This document shows positions 50,298 to 64,000 of a stretch of DNA of 64,000 bases, one piece after another. The translations under genes and the position numbers were made by a program. Location: assembly GCA_013239625.1 (NCBI GenBank), contig MU054391.1:7287095-7351094 (forward strand), given 5' to 3'. This stretch comes from Lama guanicoe. Its lineage: Eukaryota. The stretch's first letter is position 1. Each line of letters opens with the position of its first letter. The notes below the pieces were generated by a model. It was not told the DNA's origin and did not search any database. It saw nothing but the letters and a program-made list of their open reading frames with translations.

Positions 50298-51824
50298 GTG
50301 TAGTGGGAAACACATGCCACTCCATACAGGGGCCTCCTAGCCCAGCACCAGCCACAGCAGATGAGCATTTCTCTTCCTTTTAATTCCACTTTCCTCTTCC
50401 CAACAAGATTTTATTAGCTTACTTGATGTCTTTTGTAGCTAAAATATATGCATTTTTAGTTTCGTGACATCCACATTTATGTTAAATATTTGAATATAGT
50501 TCTTCAAATGCTGTATGTCTCTCTGCAGATCCCTGCTCATCCTCCTGGGGATGAAATAGGCACCTCTTTAGGTTAAGAGTCATCTGCTGAGAAGGTGCTA
50601 AATCACAGTAATTATCATTTTTTAATTTGTTATCAGGCTCTTTCTTCTGAGGGCCCTTTTCAGTGGTTGTGACTGCACGGGGGAGGGGAGAACTCCAGTG
50701 TTCACACCTCTGGAATGTGTTGCAAAGCTGAGATCCACGTCTCTCCTCAGGGATGTAATGGCCTTGATGCATCAGGGGCAGAGGGATGTCCTTGATTTTC
50801 AGCTGAGCTACTCCCTCTGGTCTGAGAGATCTCCCCAGCCCAGCCCTAGCATTCCATGGCCCATGGTTGAGAAGGGCTTGACTAGGGAGGCAGAACAGCC
50901 TGGGGTCAGGGTGTAGCAGTGGTCAGGTAGGTAACAGACCCACCCAGGGCCAACTTATAGTCTTGGTTTTAAATACAAAATCATGGTGCCCTTGGAAGGG
51001 GCTACCCAGCCAGTCTAAGTCAACGTCTCTGTTGGTTGTGTCAGTTCTATAGATAATCTAGGTATGAGCTACTAATAATGATTTTAAAAGGAGGAAGAAC
51101 AGTAGACAAAGACGTAGAGATGTAGACTTGATTGTAGAACTCAAGATGTTTTATGTCGCATAGCCAGGGAGCTACAAAGGAGCAGTCTCACCTTAGGCTA
51201 TAGATGAGGGTATTGAGATGCGTTGCGGGGTGGGGGGTGGTGCCAAGGAAACTGAGGAAGAGTGACCCACAGGCACCATCACCTTGTAGCCTGGAGGTGT
51301 GAGAGGCAAGATAAAGGGCATACCTTGTGGGCTGGAAGGAAGAGTTAGGAACATTCCAGTTGAGTTGTGTTTGAGGTTCTGACTTAATGATGAAACACAA
51401 TTAACATAAATGTGACCAAGATGTAAAGGGACAAAAAAGCATGCATATCCTTTCCCTGCTAAACCTGATCTACCTTTGGTAGATTTTGTTTTGCTGACCA
51501 GGATAATTAGTAAAGAGGAGAACTGAAGGAGACTAAACTGTCTAAATTTTTCCATAAGTGGAAAGGGATTGGAGATCCAGGTGGTCTAGCGATTTTACAG
51601 AAAATTCAGAAATGAATCAGAGAACTGAGATTTTTGAGGGGAACAGTTGCCAAGGTAGTGAGGTTTGGGGACAATAAAGTTTTAAAAAATATTTTCCGTG
51701 TGTCTCATAATGTAGTATCCCTATTGGCACCTCTGAGAAAAACCCATTCAACATGGAAAATGCTTTTCAAAGCTTCCTGTCTTCCTCTTTGGGATTGGGT
51801 GCACTGTGCCTTTTGTCGAATTCA

Positions 51825-52070
51825 GGGCAGTGTAGTAGAGTGGTTTAGAGCACGGGTTTTGCAGTGAGATTGCCCAAGTTCAAGTTCTAGCTCTACTATT
51901 TGCTATCTATGTGACCTTGGGCAAGGATGTAACCTCTGGGCTTCAGTTTTGTCATCTATGAAACAGAGATAGTCATAGTATCCACCTGATGGGGATGCTG
52001 TGAGGTGTGGATGAGGCAGTACTTGTAACAGTGCTGGGACCCAGTGTGTGCTTTTAAGAGGGGACTATTG
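51825..52070 (+). mobile_element. MIR SINE (near full length)
   Basis: ggcagtgtagtagagtggtttagagcacggg...tatgtgaccttgggcaag...cttcagttttgtcatctatgaaa. Confidence 0.9.
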
Positions 52071-53854
52071 AATGACCATGTGGCACCTTGTTGACACCAG
52101 TTGCAATATGGGTTCTAGTTCTGTTTAGGGAGCCATTATTTTGGATTTTCAATTCCTACTGAGTGATACTGCTTATTAAATTATTGCCCTAGGACTGTAG
52201 AATGTACCTTCAACATTTCTGTTGACTGTAGGGTGCAGGGAGGTGGGAACTGATCCAATAGGGAGCCATGATGGCCTCTGAAATACCACCCCAAAGAGAA
52301 AGGGAAACTGGAAAGGATTCTGAGATGAGGAAACACTTTTTTTTGTTTTTTGTATTTCATATGAAGGTAATAATGAAATAAGGTGATTCTCTGTTCAGGA
52401 CTGGATATTTCAGATCAGGAACAAGGTTTATAGAGCATTATGCCAATTCATTAGCATGAGAAAATTTAAGAAGTCTCCTGGAAAATCTACAAGCCTGATG
52501 GATTTCTTAACAAAACTGAATGCTCTCTGGAAGGAGAGGAGCTTGGTGGCCAGTGAACTTGGACTAGGTCAAGGTCCTGCTTTGCCAGCTGAGGAGGGGG
52601 CTGCTGGAGCTCTTCTGCCAGCCTCTGATCTCAGATTGTCCCCTACATTCCACTGCTTGTCACATCTGTTAGCTCTGTGGCCAATACTCAGTTCCTGACG
52701 CTGGCTTATCCTTGCTCCTCCCTGTGACCTTCCTCTTACCTGTTCTCAGCCAAGGCCACACCTTCAGATTCAGACTTCTCAGTTAGCACCAAAAACTCAG
52801 GCACCACTGCCCCTGCTGAAAACTGACTCCAAAGCTCGCTTGTATCACCTCCCACCTCCCCTTCTCTCTGGGTCCAGCGTAACTTAAGTGGGTACATCTG
52901 CTAGATAAGAAATGTTTCAGGCTCACATAAGTGAGACATCAGCTGCATAAATTTGGCTCCACCAGACCAGTCTCTGTGAATATGGTGGCAGAAGACATAC
53001 CTGCCCAAAAAAGCACAGAAAGCAAAACAAACATTGACTGAAGCCTCCAGAAGGGAGATTTACACGGTGGAGCAAACAGAATGCATCCAAGAATACTCTA
53101 GACTTTTTGTCTTCTCAAAGTCTTCTCTGAGGGAATGGGGACAAGGAGCTGGGGGAGGAAAGATTGAGAATGCAAACATGGGCCTTTTCAGCCCACCCAC
53201 TAGTGGACCTTCACACAGATTTATTTGGAAAATGGATATTAATTTCTTATTCTGCTCTGGGCATATTTACATTCATGTTAAGAAGTAAAAATTCTCAAAA
53301 GAAGCCATCATTCATGCCACATTAACAGAGAAACATTAGGTTTATCATAATAATATTCACATTTTATAATGTGTTAAGAGTTTTCAAGTGTTAGAGCTTT
53401 ACCCTTGTGAGGAGAGATATTACTGCCCTTTAGAGAGAAGGAAAGAGATGCCCAGAATGGCCAGGTGACTTGGCTATAGGGTCACCCTTAGGGAACAGTA
53501 GGGGCAGGGTTACACCCCTGTGTGGTGCTTTGGTCACTGACCCCTCTGCATCTCCCCGTGACAGACTTCACTGGGTTCCTGCTTTCAGACCAAGTATTTC
53601 TCCTGGATGAGGGAGCATTTTATCTACGGATCGATATATACAGAGGGAAGAAAGGATGCTTCCTCCTTAAGTTTTTCTCTGAGTTTTTACTCTGTATCAC
53701 CTTCTAGTTTTTTCCTTCCTTTCTCTCTTATCACTTACTCCTCAGATTTTTTTTCCATGTTTATTTTCAAATCTTTCAAAAGCACAAAATGTTAAAGTCT
53801 AGCCTAGAAGTTGGAAGACTATGGCTCATTGCCTGATTTGTAAAATGAAGTTTA

Positions 53855-55070
53855 AAAAGCTAACTTTAATGAGCTATAATTCATACACTATAAAATTCAC
53901 CCATGTAAAATATAAAATTCAGTGGGTTTTAGGATTCAAAGAGTTTTACAATCATGATCACTCTCTAATTTTAGAACAATCTTATCACCCCTAAAGAAAC
54001 TCCATACTTATTAGCAGTCATTCCCCTTTATCCCATGTCTTCCCCCATCCCCTTCCCCAGCCCTAACTAACCACTAATTTACTTTCTGTTTCCATGGATT
54101 TGCCTATTCTGGACATTTCAGATAAATGGACTCTTGTTTCAGATAAATGGAATGCTACATTATGTAGTCTTTTGTGATTGGTTTCTTTTATGAAGCATGA
54201 TGTTTTCAAGGCTCATCCATGTTGTAACATGAATTGGTACTTCATTCTATTTTACTGCTGAGTAATATTCCATTGTGTGACTCTGCCGCATTTTGTTTCT
54301 ATGTTCATCAGTTGATGGACATTTGAGTTGTTTCCATTTTTGGCTATTATGGATAACACTGCTATGAACATTCATGTACAGCTTTCTGCATGGACTTTGT
54401 TTTCATTTGTCTTGGGAGTAGATCTAGGAATGAGATTGCTGGGTCACATGGTAACTCCATGTCTATTATTTTGAGAAACTACCAAACTAGTTTTCAAAGT
54501 GGCTGTACCATTTAACAGCTCAGTCAACAGTGAATGGAAGTTCCCGTATCTCCACATCCTGGCTGAAACTTGTTATTTTTCATTTTGCTTTTCAGTGCTT
54601 TTGAGGACTGGTATTTTGTCTATCTCTTTTGTTTTAGCCATTCTAGTGGGTGTAGATACGGGTCCCTTATCAACATGTGATTTGCAAATGATTTCTCCCA
54701 TTCTACGGGTTGCATGTTCCCTTTTATGATGGTGGTCTTTGAAACACAAGAGTTTTTTATTTTTATGAAATCTGATTTATCTTTTTCTTTCTTCTTTTTT
54801 CACTTGTGCTTTTGGTGTCATATCTGAAAAACCATTGTCTAACCCAAGGGCACAAAGATTACTCTTATGTCTTCTTCTAGGAGTTGGATAGTTTTAGCTA
54901 TTATATTTAGGTCTATGATCAATTTTGAGTTGATTTTTTATATGGTGTGAGTTAAGTGTCCAACTTCACTTTTCACACATGGATATCCAGTTGTCCCAAT
55001 GCCATTTGTTAAAAATAGCATTCTTTCCCATTGGGTTGTTTTGGCATGCTCATTGAAAATCATTTGACAT
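53855..55070 (-). mobile_element. L1MA/MB-like 3' region
   Basis: taaaattcacccatgtaaaa...atggatttgcctattctggacatttca...cagttgatggacatttgagttgtttcca...gattgctgggtcacatggtaactc. Confidence 0.9.
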
Positions 55071-55139
55071 AGTCATTCACTCCCATTTTAATAGCTAGTC
55101 TTAACATTCCCACTCACTGTTCTTCTAATTTATTCCATC

Positions 55140-56000
55140 TAAGGTAACGCCACTGGCACACTATCACATACATAGAGCAAAGATAGTCTAAAAGTTGGAA
55201 TGGGTTTATTTTTAAGCTTGGAGGATGGAAAGCCGTTCTGAGTAGGATTAAAAGTCCAGAAGCTGTAAAAGAAAAGACAGATACATACAACAAAACAAAA
55301 ATTTTGAATTTTTGCCTGGCACAGAAGAGCTAAAACATGGGAAAACAGATCTGGGGCACATATCTGCAAGTCATATGACAAATGAAGGGTTAATTTCCGG
55401 ACTCTTTAAGGAGCTCATATAAATCAATAAGGCAAAGTAATAGGAAAGCCAATAAAGAATATCAACAAATAATTTAAAGGAAAAAACATGGACATGGAAC
55501 ATGATAAAGGAAGCTCAGTGTGTCTCAGGTAAGGAAATTCAAATAAACTTCATGAGATACCACATTGCTTCAGTAGACAAGCAAACGTTCAAACCCTGGT
55601 TCCTGCAGAGTGCTGGAATGACTGGGGTGATGGGTGGAGAACAGGTATTTTCACACATTCTGAGAGTTTAGGCTGTTAATGCGTTGTGGACTGTAATTTG
55701 CCGATGTTTATTAAAATCCAGACCGCTCATATTTTGATCTGCCAATTCCATCACAATAAATATACTTGTCTACAAAACAAAACAAAACACAAGCAAGCTT
55801 GGAAGCAGCTTAAAGGTTGCATCAGGAATGTTCAACAGTCGCCAAGTAGTTCTTTGCATCCTAATATGGAAAAATCCCTCAGAATATTTTCAGTGGAAAA
55901 AAGTTAAATCCTGAAGAGTGTACAGTGTATGAACCAAGTTGTATAAATGTTAAAGCTGTAAGTGTAAAACGGAACGTAAATATAAACATCCTAGATGAAT
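55140..56000 (+). mobile_element. Old L1 (L1ME-like) fragment
   Basis: aaagggttaatttcc-like motif, gagctcatataaatcaataag, atgagataccac, gtggaaaaaag. Confidence 0.6.
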
Positions 56001-56434
56001 ATTTAAAAAATATCTGCTCATGCATGTGTCTTCATAACATCAGCCTGAGCATAACATTTGTTCTCTTGTAGTTTAAAGAACACATTGAGACACTGTTAAT
56101 GGCACTTAGCACTGGAGAGGGGCTGGGACGGAAAGATGCTTGTACGTCTCCTTTTACAACATCATGCGCTGCTAAATACTCCAAGTGTGTGTTATTTTTA
56201 CCTTTGAAAATATGGTCAGCTGGGATTATTTGGGCGCTGGAATTATGAGTCAATATAACGTATCTCTGCATTTAAGAAAGTTACAGCCTTTTTCTTTAAC
56301 ATTCTTTAGATACCCACAAGTGGTACTACGGCAACTCTGCTCTCAAGTTTCTAAAGCTGAGGAGGTGACGGGCTATCCGAAGCCAGAGGCTAGCTAGAGA
56401 CTTGGTGAATGTTGACATTGACCTGCTCATCCTT

Positions 56435-57170
56435 TTTTTCAATTGTAAAAATTTCGTTGTGTGAAATTTACCAGCTAACCATTTTAAGTGTATGGTTTAG
56501 TGGCTTTCAGTACATCGTATTGTTGTGCAAATGTTACTACTGTTCATCTCCAGAACGTTTCATCATCCCTAACTGAAACTTTGTACCCTTTAAATAATGA
56601 CTCCCTATTGCTCCCTTTCCCCGGCCCGGTAACTATTCTGACTCTGAATTTGACTATTTTAGGTATTTTCTGTAAGTGGAATCACAGTATTTGTTCTCTC
56701 GTGCCTATTTTATCTCACTTAGCATCATATCCTCAAGGTTCAACCATGGTGTTTCCTTTCTTTCTAAGGCTAAATGATGGTCCATTGTATATACAGACCA
56801 CATTTTGTCTGACCATTCATCCATTGATGGACAGATGCTCGGTTGCTTCCACCTTTTGGCCATCATGAATAATGCTGCTGGGAACGTGGGTGTACAAGTG
56901 TCTATCTGAGTTTCTGCTTTTAATTCTTCTTAGTATATACCTAGAGGCTGTGCTGCTGGGTCATATGATAATTCTGTACTTCATTTTTGGAGTTACTGCC
57001 ATATTGTTTTCCACACTGGCTGCCCCATTTTACATTCCCAACAGCAATGCACAAGTGTTCTAATTTCTCCACATCCTTGTCAACACTTGTTATTTTGTTT
57101 TTGTTTTTTTTCATAACAGCTGTCTTAGCGGCTGTGAGGTGGTATCTCACTATGGTTGTGATTTGCACTT
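56435..57170 (-). mobile_element. L1MA/MB-like 3' region
   Basis: taaccattttaagtgtatggtttagtggc...aactgaaactttgtaccc...ccattcatccattgatggaca...gtgaggtggtatctcac. Confidence 0.9.
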
Positions 57171-58620
57171 TCACGTGTTCATTCTTATAGCAAACATTTA
57201 CTGTGAGCTCACAATGGTCAAGTGCAGGGCTCTAGACCTGCATGTCCCCCACCGTCAGGTACATGAGAGTGTTGACTATACAAATGCAAACGGGGGTTAC
57301 CTGCTATTGGCACGCAGTGGGCTGCTGGCAGGTGCACGGTGCTATGGGCACAGTGGCATGATAAGGCTTGCTGTTTGCTCCGCCATCTCTGGTACTTACT
57401 AGCAGCACAAAGGTAGTGAGTTCTGAATTCTTACAAGGAAAATTACAGAATAAAACGTCACACTGAGAAATTTCTATTCGTTATTTATTATTCTCCCTGC
57501 AAATTGGAAAAAAGACAGTCTTTGATTTGAGTGTTAGAACTCCAGGGTTCTTTGGGCTACATTTTAAGCTCCACGGGCTTAAATGAACCATGTATTTCCA
57601 GGGAAAGAAAGCGGAAGGAGGAATATTCCCTGTGGAACTGCTCTGTGTGCAGCCTTGGCTGTGATGAGTACAGTGGAGGCAATGGTAATCCCACCACCTG
57701 GCATTTGTAGGAGGCGTTTAACTCTTCAAAGCGCTGTCACACAGAGGAGGTGGTGTCCATGCTGAAAAAAGGTTATCGCTCAATTTGTTTTCTTGTCTGT
57801 AATTACTCATGGGTTTCATGCACCTGGCAGAAATGACACTTAGCAGTACGTGCAGATGCTCGTTGCCAGGATGGGTTTAGAGTTTCCTGGTTACTTTCTG
57901 TAGTTTCCTTCAGTTGGGCTTTGTTAGCCACTTCTAACTCATTTTTGTCAATATTACCTTCTTGGGCGGTAACATCCTCATTTATAGCTGTCTTGGAGGT
58001 AGAACATAAAGTGTATATGTGTTGTAAATATCAAATTCTTAAAAAATTATTTATTCCCACAAACAAAAACCCCAAAGATTTTATAGCTGGAGCAGTATCG
58101 AAAACTCTTCCGGTGTTTGTCTGTGGTGCTGTTGGCTGATGAGCACTGCACACAAGATGGGTGCGTTTCAGAATTTGATGAGGTTTAGTTTTTGCTCTTG
58201 GTGTTTTTCATAACAAGCTTCCCTCCCGGTGCTCTGACTCAGGGGCCAAGGAATGGTTCTTAGATTTGTGTTCTTACTCTTTCTGTTTGAATGATATTCA
58301 GACCTTCCAACCTTCCTTATGCAGTTGTAAAACTGCCCTGGGTTTTTAAAGGAAAAGGGAGTGGGATGTGATTCCTAACCGGAGAAGAGTTTTTTTTCTC
58401 ACTCTGTCAGGACACAGAAGGTCCCCACCATGGTGGAAGCTTTGGGAAATTTGACTGGTTTCTTCAGGCTGTGGGAAGAAGTTGGAACTGCAGAATCCGA
58501 GGAAATAGTGTGTCCAGAGAGGCACTACCAGGGGAGTTCCCAGGCTATGGATTATATCAGAAGTCTTGGAAGGGTCCATCTGGTCTTTTGTTAATTCAAG
58601 AAATATGAAGTTATTGTCTC

Positions 58621-59080
58621 TATTACGGGTTGAACTGTGTCCCTCTAAAAGGTATGCTGAAGTCCTGACCACCCAGCCTGGGACTATGACCTTATTTGGA
58701 AACATTCCTTTACAGATGTGATCAAGTTAAGATGAGGTCACACTGGATTCGGGTGGCCCTAATTCAGTACGACTGCTGTCCTAAGAAGGGGGAAGAGACA
58801 CAGACTCGGACACAGAGAGCACGACATGTGAAGATGGAGGCAGCAATTAGTGATGTGTCTACAAACTGAGGAACGCCAAGGATTTCTGGGAAACAGTCTG
58901 AAGCTAGGAGAGAGGCAGGGAACAGATCCTCCCTCAGAACCCCCAGAAGTAGCCAACCCTGATGACACCTGGGTTCTGGACTTCTGGCTTCCAGAACTGC
59001 GAGAAAATAAATGTCCATGGCTTTAATCCGCCTAGTTTGTGGTAAACCACCTTGTCACGGCATCCCTAAGAAACTTTACA
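58621..59080 (+). mobile_element. MaLR solo LTR (MLT1C-like)
   Basis: ttacgggttgaactgtgtccc...gaccttatttggaaa...caagttaagatgaggtca...gaagctaggagagaggcagggaacaga...ccagaactgcgagaaaataaatg. Confidence 0.9.
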
Positions 59081-59199
59081 CAAGGTGAAGAGGGGCCAGA
59101 CCCCTCCTGGTACTGGGGTGTCCTAGGTGAGTGGGACGAGTGCCATGACCCTTGAAGGGGCCACACTGAAGGGGAAACTGACACGTGTCGTGGGGACAG

Positions 59200-59425
59200 T
59201 GGGTCCTGTGGAAGATGGTGGGCTTTGGCTTTGGGATCAGACAGATTTGACTTCTGATCCTGAGCTGGTTTCTTAATCTGTCTGGAGTCTTTGGTTTCCT
59301 CCTCTTTACGTGCAGGGCACTAATGACCTTTCTCATGGGATTTCTGGTGGAAGACTTACTATGCTGGTGGATTTGAATGAGCCTGAAGCCCATAGCCCAC
59401 TGAAGGCCCTCAGCTAACGCTGGTC
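59200..59425 (+). mobile_element. MIR SINE
   Basis: ggctttgggatcagacagatttg...cttaatctgtctggagtctttggtttcctc. Confidence 0.75.
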
Positions 59426-61464
59426 ACTAAAGGCCCGGGCGTGTTTTCTTAATCAGATCATCCGTTTAGAGTCAGTCCCTGCTCTTTCAATTTCATCTTG
59501 GTAATTTTGGTCCTTGCACTGTGTTTATTTAAGGAACCATTCAGTTGGGTGAAACCTCACAGCGTTTAGGTTTTGGCTCAGTGCATTGGAACAACCTGAA
59601 GGGTATTTATAGCTAAAAACGTTTGTGCACCCAAACCACATTATTTTCATCTCCTGACACTTGAACGAGCGAGCTCTGGTTTGGGTTGGATCTTCAAGCC
59701 TTCCTGTGGTGTGGAGGGGAGAGAATTTTCCAGCACCTCTCACTCATCTCTGTAAATATCTTGGTCCCACCCCATCTAGTCAGTCCGAACGGCGGTCTTT
59801 ATCAGGTGGTGCACACGGTGCCCCTGATTATGATAACGTGGGCAGATGCTGCGTGAGGAGCCTTGCAGGCCATTCTCGGCAGACACTGGGCACGATGTTT
59901 TCGTAGCTCACTGCTTGCCTTTCTCTGGGCTCACTTCAAGTGCCTTAACAGACAATTTCTGTGGAAAAAAATTCATATTTGGGTCTTATATGTTTTTCAT
60001 ATTTGGGTCTTGGCAAGATCTGAACACACAGGAAAATTTCTTCTGTTTCTTCTATACACCTGTGTAGGAATGAGCCAGGATTTATGAAGTTTGTTTTGTT
60101 TTGAAAAAAAATGATTTAATCCCCCACCAGTACCATGCCCTTAATATGCATTCCAGCAATAAAGGCAGTTGGAAGAGTGGGGCGCAAAAACATCAGGGCT
60201 TCCTAATCGAGAGTTGAAGTTAGACCAGAGTAGACGGTGGAGGAGGAAATATTTGGAGAAATAAGAGCTGCATTTTTATTCTTTTCATTGCCAGAAAGCC
60301 GAAACCAAAGCTGGAATTCTGTGGTTCCGGCACTTTTTGTGCCTCCCAGTCATTTGACACAGATGGTTCTGGTTTACGGATAAGACACTTCATCCACCAG
60401 AGGGAACGAGGCCCGGTTCATGAGCCTGAGCGGCCCATTCTCATGCCAAAGTATACTTTGCAGCCGGAGAAAATGAGAACTCAGAGAAGATGATTCTGAA
60501 GCCACCACTGGGATGCAAAAATGGAATGAGAGAGTTACTCTGCAAGACTGAAACTTGCACCTTCCTTCAGCTTATGTCACCTGGGGAATTCCTCCTTGGG
60601 GCTCTCAGCTACATAGTCAGTCATGAGTCCGTGGGAGACCTCCCGCCTCTGATTTCCATTGTTCTTGCGGCTCCTTTGACATCTGAGGAGACGGAGACTC
60701 TCAAAAGCTTAGTGAGTTGCTACTTACCAAAAGTTTAAGTTAAAGTGGGAAGTATCTAAGTAGAAGGTGGTATCAACTCTTTGCTACTGAGTGGGTGAAG
60801 ATGGTTTCTGACCATGTCTTTCTTTATCAACCCCTTTTCACACTCAGCCTTTCCCCCTTACCATCTGACCATGGCTCCTCTAAATTGCTCACCTGTTTCT
60901 GCCTACAAAATGTGAGCTGGTTGGGACTGTCAGGAGAGCTGGGTCTAACCACTGTCCATCATCGTGTCTTCCCTCTTTCCACCAACCCAGCACCAGGCAG
61001 GAAGTCCACGTCCTTACAGCACCTTCCTCTGAAAGGTCTTGACCCTTTTCTTTCTTGGTATTTGTGACTTGCTTGCTTTATGAGCAAATTTCTCCTTACC
61101 TTTCAACATCTGGCTCAGTTGTCCTGTCCTTTAGGAAGCACTTCCTGTTTCTCATGGCATGTGAGCCATTCCTCCCCTCGGCGTTCACACTGTTACATTC
61201 CTGTTATTTGCTTTAACTTTGGACTGGGAGTGTCTCCACTGAGTAGAACTACACTCCCTAGTAGTGTGTTCTCTGTGCCTTGTGGTACCTCATGCATAGA
61301 AGGGGTCGATTATTGAGGTTCTTACAGCCTTGTAGGTTGGCCCACCAGTTAAAGACTTTCCTCCAACAAATCTGATTTATCCGCATGACTGAAACTTTCC
61401 TTTAGGCATGTGTTACCTGGCCAAGCACCTACTCTTGTTGAATTCCAATTTTAAAAATGGCACA

Positions 61465-61715
61465 TATTACATTTGTAGAGTTATTTGCAATTTGCATTGT
61501 GCTTTCATGGATGTTTTGATTCTTGGCCTTATATCATCCCAGACAGACAGATGGGGCATCCAGTCAACCCACGATGATAAGTGTTATCACCCCCATTTTA
61601 CAGATGAGAAAACTGAGACTCAGGTTTATGAATTTTCCTCCTGTTCACAAAACTTGTCAATGGCAGGGCTGGGTCTTAAACCCAGGTCTTCTGAATCCCA
61701 GTTCAAAATTTTCTA
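61465..61715 (-). mobile_element. MIR SINE
   Basis: ttatcacccccattttacagatgagaaaactgagactcag. Confidence 0.9.
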
Positions 61716-62257
61716 ACAACATGGTGTTACTGTTAGAAAAGCATAACAGTAATCTTGTGGGCTTTGTGAAACAAAAGAAAACCACAACACTCCGTGATAA
61801 CAGCTGTCACAAAGGTCTTGAACCCTTACAGGGCAGGTGCTACCTATGTTTATTGATGGGTTGCGTGCTGAAGTGCCACTGTGTGTGAGCACTGCCCAGA
61901 CCCCACGGACACGGGGCAGACTGCGATGGGCGAACACCGTCACAGCTCATCAAGCTCAAGGATTTGCAAACATAAAACATTTACCAAGACTTGGCTCCAT
62001 GAATGAGTGAGCCAGCCCCTGGGATGTGGCCATGTTACTCCATCAATAAAACACTGAAACAGACCTTGGCAGGGTTTCAGGGTTCACATCTGGGAAGAAA
62101 GGTATGATTCATCACTATTTTGTCCATGTTCACAAGTGTAGGTCAGGCCTTCCTTCAGAGCCAGATTGGACTGATTTACTTTGCCATTTCCTCTTCTATG
62201 GGCCCTTGTAATGGCGTTTCCAGTTTCCCCTTGGGCAGAGGTGTAGGGAAAGCAACC

Positions 62258-62282
62258 TGTCTGTCTGTCTGTCTGTCTGTCA

Positions 62283-62322
<40 letters not shown>
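62258..62322. repeat. Compound tetranucleotide microsatellite (TCTG)n(TCTA)n
   Basis: Directly seen. Confidence 0.95.
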
Positions 62323-62323
<1 letters not shown>

Positions 62324-62764
62324 AGTCAAATTTCTGATTCTGATCTGTGGCCAGTGAAGTGGGTTTTATATAATGTCTCAACCCTTAGGAACAAAGTCTG
62401 ATGGATCCTTAGGCTACTCCAGGTATTTGGGGTAAAGGGGCTCTTGGAATTTTTCTGTGAGTCCTTTAGGATTGGGCTCAGGGACGGCTACCCAATGTCT
62501 AATTAAGCCATTAAACCAGGAGCAACCTGTTCGCCCTGGAGAAGCTCATCAGAGGCACACGGTAGCTGGTCCATGCTCATTGTCTGGGAGCACAGCCTTC
62601 CTCTCTCTCCCTTCTCCCTGAGCCACCTGACTTCTCAGATGAGCCCCTGTGGCTGGCCTGCTGAACTCTGCCCTGTGAAGTAGTCTGAGCAGAGCCCCAG
62701 ACTCAGTTTATCCTTATCACAACTCTGGGAGCCATCACTTTGCCCAGGACCCTCTCTGTGTAGG

Positions 62765-63160
62765 GAGACAGTGGAGCATGCAGTGGAGAGCATCACTTCC
62801 GGGATCAGACAGCCTGGACCTGAGCCTGTGTCAGTTCAGGACAGAGTGTGGGATTTGATGATGCCAAGACCAGCCTTTGGGTCCGTTTCTGTAAATGTGG
62901 TGCGTGCAAACCGCAGGGCACATGGGGGATTACTTTCTGCTCCTGCCTGCCTGTCCCTAAGCTACATTCCTTAACTTCTCTGTACCTTGGTTTCTTTATT
63001 AACAAAATAAGGATTCTGGTACTTAACCCAGGGCCATAATACATACCATTTACAACACCAGGGATGTAGTGGGAGTTAACTGAGATTACAGATGTGAAGC
63101 ACCCTGTATAGTACTTGTCTCAGAGTAAGGACTCAGTAAATGTTGGCTATTTTTATTCTA
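62765..63160 (+). mobile_element. MIR SINE, interrupted
   Basis: gggatcagacagcctgg at the 5' end; cttaacttctctgtaccttggtttc...ttaactgagatta...ctcagtaaatgttggctatt at the 3' end. Confidence 0.75.
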
Positions 63161-64000
63161 TTATATAGGGAGTTGCAGGGCCTCTTCTGGAGTATCAAAG
63201 GGGTGGTCGGCTTAATCCCAGAGCCCCCAGGGCTTGCAAAAGAGAAGGAGGGTCCAGATCAGGTGGGTTGGATGCTGCAGGATGAGGTTGGGAGAGGATG
63301 TCACCTGCACGTTTGGATCAGAGGCAGCTGAGCTCTAAACCCTGGGTTGGGACCAAGCCAGATCCTGGGTTTGGGAAGGGTTTGGACTTGGGAGCAGGGC
63401 AGTGGGGCTGGGGAGTCAAAACTGAGGTACAGGCCTGGATCTGGGAAGGCTACCAGGGTTCAGCAGCAAATATCTCCAGCACCTTTGGAAGACCAGGTAC
63501 TGTATGAACACAGGGCACAGGGGAAAACGAGACACAGTCTCTGTCCGGGGGTGGGGGGGATTATAGCTCAGGTTTTTGGCAAAAGGAGTCAGCCTTAGCC
63601 TGACTATTTAAGAAATACAAATCCCTAGTAATGCTTCTAATTAAACAATCATTTTATATTTTTCTCATTAAAAATAGTAAGCACAAAGCATTTTACAACC
63701 ACGCACAGAAAGATACATACAAATCTATCACTATGATGAGAAGTAAAGGAGATTCGACTCGAAAGATCAAGGCTTAACAATGTTGCTGTCCGTGTAAACT
63801 CAGGCATCAGTTTCCTCATCTACTTAATCATAAAATCATTTTGTGAGGTCGTTTTGAACATTGCATGAGGCAGAGAAAGACGGCACATTGTGCCGTCCAT
63901 GCTAACTGTCCTCATATTTTAAAATTTACTTCCCCTTCTGAGGAATAAATAATACATGTTTTTAACCTCTACCCGCTGCTTTCCTTTTTAAAGTTTCTGG

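Noticed and set aside
54116..54151. 15-bp direct repeat tttcagataaatgga
   Set aside because: Ordinary slippage duplication within an old L1.
57400..57420. tagcagcac, the miR-15/16/195 5' sequence
   Set aside because: The remainder matches no family member I know, and there is no convincing pre-miRNA stem.
63547..63572. ggggggattatagctcagg, resembling a tRNA-derived SINE head
   Set aside because: Similarity stops after ~20 bp, with no B box, tail or TSD.
1..64000. Prokaryotic-type systems (CRISPR arrays, operons, IS elements) or an intact provirus
   Set aside because: The sequence is mammalian and non-coding, with no regularly spaced repeats and no long ORFs.

Overview
This is CpG-depleted, moderately AT-rich mammalian (eutherian) genomic DNA, intronic or intergenic. 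The young L1 3'UTR fragments resemble those I recall from cetartiodactyls and particularly camelids (inference). I can support no protein-coding gene, RNA gene or CpG island. The six-frame ORFs are short or random, or come from repeats such as an L1 ORF2 C-terminal fragment at ~35.2 kb. The window is dominated by ancient repeats (many MIRs, L2, L3/CR1, old L1M, MLT1/MLT2 LTRs, MER53, MER58) plus younger lineage-specific L1 3' fragments with clear target-site duplications (TSDs) and two ERV-type solo LTRs. The most unusual structure is a ~2 kb LTR retroelement at 24925-26931. It has an MLT2(ERV-L)-type 5' LTR, a MaLR internal region and an MLT1B(MaLR)-type 3' LTR, bounded by a near-perfect 5-bp TSD. 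Other points of note: two twin-primed (5'-inverted) L1 insertions, a candidate alternative promoter/first exon at ~22.1-22.4 kb, a candidate 123-bp exon at 27900-28022, and several repeat-derived hairpins. Repeat names are from recalled consensus motifs, not a database search, and boundaries are approximate unless a TSD is cited.
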